Position numbers and translations under genes: made by a program
The notes under the pieces: generated by a model
Databases searched by the model: none
Told to the model about the DNA's origin: nothing
Seen by the model: only the letters and a program-made list of their open reading frames with translations
Assembly: GCA_009861545.1 (NCBI GenBank)
Contig: VXME01000110.1
Coordinates: 22,284 to 86,283 of the forward strand
Direction: 5' to 3'
Length of the DNA: 64,000 bases
Origin: Acidobacteriota bacterium
GTDB lineage: Bacteria > Acidobacteriota > Vicinamibacteria > Vicinamibacterales > UBA8438
Part shown: piece by piece, positions 37,335 to 45,024 of the stretch
How the letters are laid out: every line of letters begins with the position of its first letter
Numbering within the stretch: position 1 is the stretch's first letter

Positions 37335-39626
37335 ATGCGATGCACCCCTGCAGCCTCCGCCCTGTTGGCGGCGGTCATCCTGGCGAGCGGAGCAGGCGCG
37401 GGCGACGGCGTGAGGGCGCACGCGCAGTCCCCCTTGATGCCGGCCGCGCCACCCGAGACCGCGCCGCCTCTCCCGCACGCATCAGCGGACGTGTCCGGGG
37501 CCTACGCCGGCGACGTGCTCTACATGCATGCAGGAGAGCAACCGCCCGCCTCCCGCACTGCCGCGGGCGCCGGGAGGGCCGCTCTCTACGCGCTCTCCCC
37601 GGCCGACGCGTTCTGGAGGACGGTCTGGACCGGCAGCCCGGTACTCGGCTCGGTGCTCGTCAGCGACGGCGAGGACCTCTACCGCGTGGGAGGCGCCGAG
37701 ATCACGGGCGCCCGTCGGGCCCGCCCCGACCTGCAGCGGTGGGACCAGGCGGATGGGGAGTGGGTCGACCTGACGCCGATGCCGTCGGGCAGGACGGACC
37801 ACGCGGCGGTGATTGTCGGGCAGCGGCTCTGGGTGCTCGGCGGCTGGGCGCCCTCGGCGGTGGCCGAGAGCCCCCGAGCGCGCCTCCGCCCGCCCGCCGT
37901 GCCGGCCGAGGACTGGCGCGACGACGTGCTCGTCGCCGACCTCGACGCGGACCCGGTGACCTGGACGGTGGTCGAGACGGCATCCCTGCGCCTGCATTCC
38001 CTTGCCGCGGCCGTCCACGAGGACGCCGTCTGGCTCGCCGGGGGCATGACGCCCGGCGGGCCGGCGCTCGACGTGCAGCGGCTGGACCTGCGGACCCGGA
38101 CCCTGGCGCCCGCGCCCGTTCCGCCGATTCGCGGCCGCAGCCGGGGCGTCGGCCTGGGCATGGCCGCGACCGGCGGGAACCTGTACGTGAGCAACGTGAA
38201 CCAGTTGTTCCGTCTCGACGCCGGCGGACGCGCCTGGCAGGCGCTCACCTACGACATCGCGCCGGAACGTGCCTACCACGCCCTGGTCGGCGGACCCGGC
38301 GTGCTGCACATCGTGGGGGGAGCCGCGCACGGCCGCACCCACGCGGTGGTCGACCGGGTCGAGGCGGCCTCGCTGCGGCCGAGCGACGTGCTCGAAACGC
38401 CGCGGCGGACGGCGGGCGCGGCAGGCGACCGGCCGCCGCTGGCCGGAGCCCGGCGCTGGCCCGGCTTTCGGGGAGCGGCGTTCGGTCACAGCCAGGCCCG
38501 CGACCTTCCGCTGGCCTGGTCGGACGACGAGAACCTCGCGTGGCGGCACGCCATCGGCGGCTACGGCCAATCGAGCCCCGTGGTCTGGGACGGGCACGTG
38601 TTCGTCACCGCCATCGACGGCCCGCGGCGCGAGACGCAGATCGTCGAGGCCGTCGACGCGCGGACCGGCGAGCTGCGGTGGCGCCACACCCTGGCGTCGA
38701 GCCAGCCCGTCGAGGTCACGAACTTCGTGGCCAAGGGCGCGCCGACGCCGCGAGTCGACGCCGAACGTGTCTACTACCTGTTCGAGAGCGGCGACCTCGG
38801 CGCGCTGCGCCATGACGGCGAGCCGCTCTGGTCCCGGTCGCTGAAGGCGGACTACGGCGAGATCGAGGGCTACGGCCTCGGCGGCTCGCTCGCCGGCAAC
38901 GACGAGTCGCTGTTCGTCCTCGCCGCCCACGACGGTCCGTCGTACCTGCTGGCCGTCGATGCAGCCACCGGCGAGACGCGGTGGAAGGCGGATCGTCCCG
39001 CCGCGTCGGCCTGGACGACGCCGATCGTCGTGCCCTGGGAGGACGGCGAGCTCGTGGTGGTCAGCATCGACGGCACGGTCGAGGCGTACGACGCGGGGAC
39101 CGGCGAACGGGTCTGGTGGATCGACGGGCTCTCCGGCAACAGACTCCCGTCGCCGATCCTCGCCGGGGGGCGCATCGTCGTCTCGTCGTCGGACTCCCGG
39201 TCCAACCTCGTCCTGCCCGTCGGGCACCGGGGACGGCTCGCGGAGGAACAGGTCGTCTGGCGCGGCCGCAGCGCGACGGCTTCGATGTCGTCGCCGGTCG
39301 TGAACGGCGAGGCGATCTACTTCATCAACTCCCGGGGCGTCATCCGCTGCCTCGAGCTGGACTCGGGCCGGTCGCGGTGGGCGACCCGCCTCGCGTCGGC
39401 CGCGTGGGCGACGCCGATCGTCAACGGCGACCGCGTCTACGTGTTCGGGACCGACGGCGTGGCCTCGATCTTCGCCGCGGACGCGGCCGAGCCGCTCGAG
39501 CTGGCGAGGAACTCGCTGACCGTCTCCGAGCGCGTGTACGGCACGGCCGCCGTCGACGGCGGGCTGCTCGTCAGGACGGGGCGGGAACTGATCCGCATCG
39601 GGCGCGGCGGCGGCACCGGGCGCTGA
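37335..39626 (+). CDS. exported Kelch-like + PQQ/BamB-like double beta-propeller protein
   Basis: Signal peptide is present. The N-half has Kelch-like blades (LYRVGGAE, RLWVLGGWA, AVWLAGGMTPGG, LHIVGGAAHG). The C-half has PQQ-like repeats (WPGFRG...SSPVVWDGHVFV, DARTGELRWRH, DAATGETRWKA, DAGTGERVWW, LDSGRSRWAT). Confidence 0.7.
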   Translation: MRCTPAASALLAAVILASGAGAGDGVRAHAQSPLMPAAPPETAPPLPHASADVSGAYAGDVLYMHAGEQPPASRTAAGAGRAALYALSPADAFWRTVWTGSPVLGSVLVSDGEDLYRVGGAEITGARRARPDLQRWDQADGEWVDLTPMPSGRTDHAAVIVGQRLWVLGGWAPSAVAESPRARLRPPAVPAEDWRDDVLVADLDADPVTWTVVETASLRLHSLAAAVHEDAVWLAGGMTPGGPALDVQRLDLRTRTLAPAPVPPIRGRSRGVGLGMAATGGNLYVSNVNQLFRLDAGGRAWQALTYDIAPERAYHALVGGPGVLHIVGGAAHGRTHAVVDRVEAASLRPSDVLETPRRTAGAAGDRPPLAGARRWPGFRGAAFGHSQARDLPLAWSDDENLAWRHAIGGYGQSSPVVWDGHVFVTAIDGPRRETQIVEAVDARTGELRWRHTLASSQPVEVTNFVAKGAPTPRVDAERVYYLFESGDLGALRHDGEPLWSRSLKADYGEIEGYGLGGSLAGNDESLFVLAAHDGPSYLLAVDAATGETRWKADRPAASAWTTPIVVPWEDGELVVVSIDGTVEAYDAGTGERVWWIDGLSGNRLPSPILAGGRIVVSSSDSRSNLVLPVGHRGRLAEEQVVWRGRSATASMSSPVVNGEAIYFINSRGVIRCLELDSGRSRWATRLASAAWATPIVNGDRVYVFGTDGVASIFAADAAEPLELARNSLTVSERVYGTAAVDGGLLVRTGRELIRIGRGGGTGR

Positions 39627-39739
39627 AGACGGGGCCTCGGGCGGTCGCCGCGCAGGCAGGTATCCTGATGCAGCAATCGTCGTCTGGGCCCAGCGCGAAG
39701 TTCCTGCGACGGCGGAGAACGACCTGACACCCGCGAACC

Positions 39740-40465
39740 ATGGAGGCGGTACTCGACATCGTCGCGGGAACGGGTGTCGTCCTGTTCCTGCTGGCGCTGG
39801 CGTACATCGAGCGTGCCTGGGGCCGGTTGCTGGCCGTCGCGATGGTCGCGGCAATCGCCTACGCCGTGCACCCGATCGCGGTGCGCCAGAGCCTGCCCGC
39901 CTTCGTCGGCGCCCTGGACGGTGTCGACCTCCAGACGCTGGCCGCCGTCCTCACGCTCGACGGTGTCCTGGGCTGCACCGGGGCGACCCTGCTGCTGGGA
40001 GCCCGTGGCGCGGCCTCCGCGAAGAATCTCCACGGACTCTCGGAAACTCGGCACGGCCTGCCCTTGCATCGCCTCCGGCGACTCGCGGCACACCATGTCG
40101 GCGTCATCCCCGCGCCGGCGCTGTTCTACCTGGAGATGAAGGCGTTCGACGCGTCACCATGGCCCTTCTCGACGACCGCCCTGGCGCTGTGCGGCGCCGT
40201 CGTCGTTGCCGGTCTCGCGGGGAGCGAGGCGATTCGACGGCTGCTTCCGGATCGGGATCTACGGGCCGAGCTGCGCCTGCTCGTGCACGCCGCGCAGGTG
40301 ATGCTGGCGGCCGGGCTGACCGCGTTCGCCTTGCAGGGCGGTGTGAACCGCTCGGCGGCGGCGCTCGAAGCGGGGCCCCATGCCGTCGTCGCCGCCGCGG
40401 CGGCGCTCGGGATCGGCATCGGTTACTGGAGCCATCGCCGGCGCCTGCGCCGCGGCGCAGAGTGA
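39740..40465 (+). CDS. polytopic integral membrane protein (possibly DUF2162/HmuT-like)
   Basis: 241 aa with about 6 hydrophobic helices and an Arg-rich C-terminus. Position and size fit the membrane protein that precedes MotA/ExbB-like genes in CobN-like clusters. The family call is unverified. Confidence 0.55.
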   Translation: MEAVLDIVAGTGVVLFLLALAYIERAWGRLLAVAMVAAIAYAVHPIAVRQSLPAFVGALDGVDLQTLAAVLTLDGVLGCTGATLLLGARGAASAKNLHGLSETRHGLPLHRLRRLAAHHVGVIPAPALFYLEMKAFDASPWPFSTTALALCGAVVVAGLAGSEAIRRLLPDRDLRAELRLLVHAAQVMLAAGLTAFALQGGVNRSAAALEAGPHAVVAAAAALGIGIGYWSHRRRLRRGAE

Positions 40466-40544
40466 GACCGTGGAACCGCCGACACGTCCGTTCTCCTCCG
40501 GGAAGTCCCGCTCGGCGCCGGGCCGCATCGCAGAGTGAAGCCCC

Positions 40545-41153
40545 ATGGAGCTGTTGACCCGCACCCTGTATCTGCTCTCGACCGGCCTGCTGGTCCCGGT
40601 CATCGTCCTGCTGCTGATCCTCTTCGCCCGATCGCTGCTGCTCGCCGGACGCACCTACGGCGCCTGGCTGTCGCGGCTTCGGTTCCGATCCGCGTTGCGC
40701 CCGCTGCTCGACCGGCTCGATCGCGACAACGCGGAGTCCCTGCTCCGCGACGCCGACCTGCCCCCCGAGCCGCGGTGGAAGCCGGCGATCTGGCGTCTGC
40801 TCGACCACGGCCGGTCGGCGGCGCAGCGCGAGAAGGCGCTCGCCGACTTCGAGGCGGGCTGCGAGGAGGACCTCGCGCCGGCGCGGACCATGGCCCGCCT
40901 GGGCCCGATGCTCGGCCTGATGGGAACGCTCATCCCGATGGGACCGGCGCTGGTGGGACTGGCCGCCGGCGACATCGCGACGATGGCCGAGAACCTGCAG
41001 GTGGCCTTCTCGACCACGGTCGTGGGCCTCTTCGTCGGCGGCATCGGCTTCGCCGTCTCGCAAGCGAAGCAACGCTGGCACGGCGAGGCGCTCAACGACC
41101 TGGAGTTCGTGAGCGGGCTCATCGGCGAACGGACATCCACACAAGAAGAGTAG
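40545..41153 (+). CDS. MotA/TolQ/ExbB proton-channel family protein
   Basis: An N-terminal TM and a cytoplasmic loop are followed by the conserved C-terminal TM pair (LGPMLGLMGTLIPMGPAL...LQVAFSTTVVGLFVGGIGFAV), typical of the ExbB/TolQ core. Confidence 0.85.
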   Translation: MELLTRTLYLLSTGLLVPVIVLLLILFARSLLLAGRTYGAWLSRLRFRSALRPLLDRLDRDNAESLLRDADLPPEPRWKPAIWRLLDHGRSAAQREKALADFEAGCEEDLAPARTMARLGPMLGLMGTLIPMGPALVGLAAGDIATMAENLQVAFSTTVVGLFVGGIGFAVSQAKQRWHGEALNDLEFVSGLIGERTSTQEE

Positions 41154-41221
41154 TCGTCTCGCCCCCGGGGGGCCTCGCCCCATCGGCGAACAGACGTCCA
41201 CACAAGAAGCAGGAGGCCCGG

Positions 41222-41569
41222 ATGGCAGGCAGGAGACGGCGGCGGCGGCTCGGCGCCGCGTTTCGTGACGACACCGACCCGCTCGGCGCCATCGCGAACC
41301 TGTTCGACGTCGCCATGGTCTTCGCCGTGGCGCTCATGGTCGCCATGGTCAGCCGCTGGCAGTTGACGGAGTTCCTCACGCAGGAGGACTTCACGATGGT
41401 CAAGAACCCCGGCACCGCAGAGATGGAGATCATCACCCAGGAGGCCGGCGAGATCACCCGCTATCGGGCCGAGGACGTGAACGACGCCGCGGGCCGCCGC
41501 GGCCGGCGGGTCGGCATCGCCTACCAACTCGACAGCGGCGAGATCATCTACGTGCCGGAAGCGCCCTGA
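41222..41569 (+). CDS. single-pass membrane protein, DUF2149-like (ExbD-position partner)
   Basis: C-terminal part of track ORF 40535..41569, with AGGAGG 6 nt before ATG 41222. An Arg-rich N-terminus is followed by GAIANLFDVAMVFAVALMVAMV (the NLFDVAMVF motif I associate with DUF2149) and a ~70-aa soluble tail. Confidence 0.65.
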   Translation: MAGRRRRRRLGAAFRDDTDPLGAIANLFDVAMVFAVALMVAMVSRWQLTEFLTQEDFTMVKNPGTAEMEIITQEAGEITRYRAEDVNDAAGRRGRRVGIAYQLDSGEIIYVPEAP

Positions 41570-41578
41570 CCCGGTCCA

Positions 41579-42598
41579 CTACCGGACAGGGCGGTAGTTC
41601 TCCTCGAGGCCAGGTGCATACACCGGCGGACTGCCATACGGCTCGCCCCGGAGGAACTCGATGGAACGCCCTTGCGTGAGGCCGTCGAGTTGCTCCGACG
41701 CGTCCTGGAACGCCACGAAGTCCGGTCCGTTGCCGCCCATGCCGACCGCGCCGTCACGGACCGCGAGAAAGTGCTCGTAGCTGGCGTAGCGGGCCAGGTA
41801 GTACACCTCGTCGTAGTCGTCGCTCTCGACCGGGTCGCTGTTCGGCAGGTACGCGACCCGCCACAGGCCCACTGGCCGAACCCCGATCTTCTCCACGTAG
41901 GGCCAGACCCGATCGCGGGCGATGGCGTGATACTCCTCGAAGGCGCCCTTCCCGATCCGCGAGTGCTCCAGCGCGAGCAGGCCGTCTCCGGGCCGAGCCC
42001 GGCCCAACCGCACCGGGTAGGGTGCGGAAGAGGCCGGATCGGGGCTGCCGTCTATCTGCTCGTAGCGTTCGACGAGCCCGGGCATGTAGAGCGGGCGGAT
42101 CTCCGCCAGGTAGCCCTGCAGAAAGATGCCGCCGCGGGATCCCTGCTGGTACTGGCGGCGGGTGCGTAGCGCCTCCCGCGACGCATCGCTGAAGCCGCCG
42201 TCGCCGCCGAGCCGCCCGGCGCCTCCCGTATCGCCGGCGAGGGCGCCGCCGCGGGTGGCCTGCCAGTGCTCGTAGCTGGCGTATCGCGCGAAACGAAGCG
42301 CCTCGTCCCGGCCGGGCGTGGCGTCGTCGCCCGCGGGATAGACGACCTCGAAGTCGCCGAGTATCCGAGCGCCCAGCCTCTCGAACCAGGGCCACACCCC
42401 CGACCGGCTGGCTTCATGCCAGGCCTCGTAGCGGCCTTCCTCGAGATAGGCATGGCGCATCATGATGACTTCCTGCTGCCCCACTCTGGGCACGTCGTTG
42501 CGGACCGGGGTGGGCGCCTGGGCCCCCGGCGCCGGACCGAGCGCGAGCGCTGCCAGTCCGACCGCCATGACGGCGGTTCGTGCTCTACGGTTCTTCAT
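41579..42598 (-). CDS. exported tandem dimeric alpha/beta-barrel (NIPSNAP/ABM-like) protein
   Basis: Start at ATG 42598 (MKNRRARTAVMAVGLAALALGPAPGAQA). There is an internal duplication: ALRFARYASYEHWQATRGG in half 1 and VYYLARYASYEHFLAVRDG in half 2. The family call is tentative. Confidence 0.55.
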   Translation of the reverse strand: MKNRRARTAVMAVGLAALALGPAPGAQAPTPVRNDVPRVGQQEVIMMRHAYLEEGRYEAWHEASRSGVWPWFERLGARILGDFEVVYPAGDDATPGRDEALRFARYASYEHWQATRGGALAGDTGGAGRLGGDGGFSDASREALRTRRQYQQGSRGGIFLQGYLAEIRPLYMPGLVERYEQIDGSPDPASSAPYPVRLGRARPGDGLLALEHSRIGKGAFEEYHAIARDRVWPYVEKIGVRPVGLWRVAYLPNSDPVESDDYDEVYYLARYASYEHFLAVRDGAVGMGGNGPDFVAFQDASEQLDGLTQGRSIEFLRGEPYGSPPVYAPGLEENYRPVR

Positions 42599-42663
42599 GA
42601 CTGCGACTCCTGGTGCGACGTTGCGATTCCGAGATCTGCCCTGACTGTCCCCGCACATTCGGC

Positions 42664-43677
42664 TCACACGTCGTTGGCCCTCGCTTCTAGATCGGCGCAG
42701 CCGTCGATGAGCACGTCAAACGGTTCGGCATCATCGAGCATGCCGCCGGAGACCATCCGCTCGTAATCTTGCCGCAGCGCGTCCCGAGCGGGTCCCTCGG
42801 GAACCAGTTGCATCCCGCCGGAAACGGCAGCGCTGTAGTCGATCCATCGGCCGCCGGAATCCTTCTCACGGAAGAACGCCGCCTTGTGGCGCGCCACCGA
42901 CAGGGCGAGCGAGCGGTCGGCGAGCGCCTTGCCCGCATATCCGGTCTCGTCCAGACGAACGACGTCATGCCAATGACGAGACAGCCGATCGCCCCGCTGA
43001 CGCTGCTGGCGACAGAACACGTGCATCGCGGTCGCCTTTTCCCAGAAGGTACGTTCGGCCATCATGACCGACGGCGAGGCCGTCGGAAAGACGATGTCGG
43101 GAAGATGACGCGCCGCATCGCACGCGACGGGGCACGTCTCGTGGGGTTCGCCGGTTCCACGCGCCCCGAACTCGACGACAACTTCGGGCCGAACGAATCC
43201 GTAGGCGTCGAGCACCGGTTCGTAACGAAGGACGAGCCGTTCGCCAGAGGCGCTGACTTCGCCGGAGAGGCCCGGCCGGCCGAGGCCCTCGCCGACCGCC
43301 GCTAGCGCCTCGCCCCGGACCCACTCGGTGAGGCGTGAGCGGATCGCCCTGCTCCAGCGTTGCTCCTGACTTCGCGTGGACGGCAACGCCTCGGTGCCGG
43401 CGCCGGTCACGAGATCGGGCGCGAAGGCGCGGATGTCGTATGTGACATCGATGTCCTCCGAGAACCGGCGGATGGCGTGGTAGGCCTTGGCGAGCGACGT
43501 GCCGCCCTTGAACACGAGGTCGGTACCGAACGGCGCGCCGAAAAGGACACGCAGCATCCGGACGATCCAGACGTCCTTCTCCAGGAGGAACGCTCGCCGC
43601 CCGCCCGCTTGCTGAGCGACGTTCAGCGCCTCGCGCCTGTCTCGAACCGACAACGACTCGAACGGGGTCTCAGCCAT
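42664..43677 (-). CDS. AbiEii/AbiGii family nucleotidyltransferase toxin (type IV TA)
   Basis: LLEKDVWIVRMLRVLF...LVFKGGTSLAKAY..IRRFSEDIDVTYD is the characteristic DUF1814/AbiEii N-terminal NTase core. The gene overlaps the upstream antitoxin gene by 8 nt. Confidence 0.85.
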   Translation of the reverse strand: MAETPFESLSVRDRREALNVAQQAGGRRAFLLEKDVWIVRMLRVLFGAPFGTDLVFKGGTSLAKAYHAIRRFSEDIDVTYDIRAFAPDLVTGAGTEALPSTRSQEQRWSRAIRSRLTEWVRGEALAAVGEGLGRPGLSGEVSASGERLVLRYEPVLDAYGFVRPEVVVEFGARGTGEPHETCPVACDAARHLPDIVFPTASPSVMMAERTFWEKATAMHVFCRQQRQRGDRLSRHWHDVVRLDETGYAGKALADRSLALSVARHKAAFFREKDSGGRWIDYSAAVSGGMQLVPEGPARDALRQDYERMVSGGMLDDAEPFDVLIDGCADLEARANDV

Positions 43678-44266
43678 GCGCGACGAGCAGGCTCACCGGC
43701 TCCGCCATCCAGTGCGGCATGGTCGCCCGCGCCTCGGCGAGATCGCTGATGTCCTCGGGAGACAAGCCCGGCAGAACGGCCTCGAGCCCTACTCGGACCT
43801 CGGTCGGGCCGAGCCACGCCAGCGCGCGGATGATCTCGCCCGCCCGGCGCCGGGGAGCGGCGAGCTGCCAGCGCGGGGCGTGCCGCAGGTCAACGTCCAG
43901 ATTGCCGAAGCGCAAGCGGCGCCCGGAACCGGAGGTGAGGTAGACCGACCGGATCGGGATCTGGGTGGTGAACCCGAGCACGTGCGCCGCCGCACCGCCG
44001 CAAGGGACGATGGTCACGTTCCACAGATTCGCGAGTGCGTCGAGCGCCTTGTCGAGGTTGGGTGCGCAGGGCCCGAACCGGGTCTCGACGGGGCGCATGT
44101 AGATCCCCTGACAGATTCGCATCAGTCTCCCCGAGCGGGCGAGCCGCGAGAGAGCCTGGTCGACGGCCGTGCGGTTGCCGAGATGAAGCAAGGCGCCAGC
44201 GCAGATCGGCGTGGCTTCGGGGAGCGAGCGGGCGTGCGCCACGATACGCTTCGACACGCTGTGCAT
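43670..44266 (-). CDS. AbiEi family antitoxin (wHTH, DUF6088-like)
   Basis: Start at ATG 44266 inside track ORF 43670..44584. MHSVSKRIVAHARSLPEATPICAGALLHLGNRTAVDQALSRLARSGRLMRICQGIYMRP is typical of the AbiEi N-terminal winged helix. 198 aa. Confidence 0.8.
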   Translation of the reverse strand: MHSVSKRIVAHARSLPEATPICAGALLHLGNRTAVDQALSRLARSGRLMRICQGIYMRPVETRFGPCAPNLDKALDALANLWNVTIVPCGGAAAHVLGFTTQIPIRSVYLTSGSGRRLRFGNLDVDLRHAPRWQLAAPRRRAGEIIRALAWLGPTEVRVGLEAVLPGLSPEDISDLAEARATMPHWMAEPVSLLVAHG

Positions 44267-44289
44267 GATGATGGGCGGCTGAGCCGATG

Positions 44290-44317
44290 TGTCAGAAATA
44301 TGATAGTTATATTGACA
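44290..44317. promoter_or_regulatory. AT-rich imperfect inverted repeat TGTCA-N18-TGACA upstream of abiEi (candidate operator/promoter)
   Basis: tgtcagaaatatgatagttatattgaca is the most AT-rich stretch I noticed in the window, 24 nt upstream of the AbiEi start. The minus strand reads TGTCAATATAACTATCATATTTCTGACA, with -10-like TATAAC/CATATT. Confidence 0.35.
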
Positions 44318-44429
44318 TCCTTCTTCAAGGGCGCTTGCCTCCCTCCTGGCGCGGGACCGAGACCCCGCAGGGCCCGACCGGCAGGCGAAGGGAGCGATCA
44401 GACCGCCAGCCAAGCGACGCGGGTGAAAC

Positions 44430-44987
44430 ATGCACGACCGGATTCGTCGAGAACTGCAACGGCTCGCCACGCGGCGCGTGGTCATCCCGACAGCGCTGGC
44501 CGCGCTGCTCTGCGTGGCCGGCTTCGAGTGGCGAGACGCTCGACTGGATGGTCTCGAGCTCCTCGACACCCGGCAGTGGTACACGCCCGAGCAGGCCGCG
44601 GACTTGTTCGGAGCGCTCGATCAGCTCGACTCGCGGGCAAGGGCCGTCTACGCCTGGACCGAGGTGTCGATCGACATGATCTTCCCGATCGCCTACGGCC
44701 TGCTCTTCGCGCTCCTGCTGCTTCGCGTCCTCGGGGACGGACGGCCGTTCTACCTGCTGCCGATCGCGGGGGCCGCAGCGGACGTCCTCGAGAACCTCTC
44801 CATCGCCTTGCTGGCCTCGACCTACGACGGTGACCCGACGTCCTGGTCGAGAGTGGCGGCGATCTTCACGCTGCTGAAGAGCGTGTTGATCCTGGCGACG
44901 CTGGCCGCGGCGGTCGGCGGGGCGATTCGACGGCTGTGGGTGATTCGACGTGAAAGTGGTTGGAACGCGCGCCGCAGGGGGCTATGA
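44430..44987 (+). CDS. hypothetical membrane protein
   Basis: 185 aa with about 4 hydrophobic helices (VVIPTALAALLCVAGF, MIFPIAYGLLFALLLL, FYLLPIAGAAADVL, SVLILATLAAAVGGAI). No family recognised. Confidence 0.5.
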   Translation: MHDRIRRELQRLATRRVVIPTALAALLCVAGFEWRDARLDGLELLDTRQWYTPEQAADLFGALDQLDSRARAVYAWTEVSIDMIFPIAYGLLFALLLLRVLGDGRPFYLLPIAGAAADVLENLSIALLASTYDGDPTSWSRVAAIFTLLKSVLILATLAAAVGGAIRRLWVIRRESGWNARRRGL

Positions 44988-45024
44988 TGCCGGGTAATCG
45001 CATCCCGATGCGGAGGACAGAATC

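Noticed and set aside
33467-37378. 1303-aa minus ORF opposite the CobN-like gene; similar long antisense ORFs at 58061..60901, 52687..55053, 15561..17303, 28289..30226 and 18156..21326
   Set aside because: Each lies opposite, or out of frame with, a gene carrying unambiguous family motifs. Their amino-acid composition is typical of non-coding GC-rich frames.
42664-44320. AbiE module as part of a larger mobile element or defence island
   Set aside because: No integrase, transposase, tRNA target or flanking direct repeats were recognised. The neighbours are ordinary chromosomal genes. Only a two-gene insertion can be supported.
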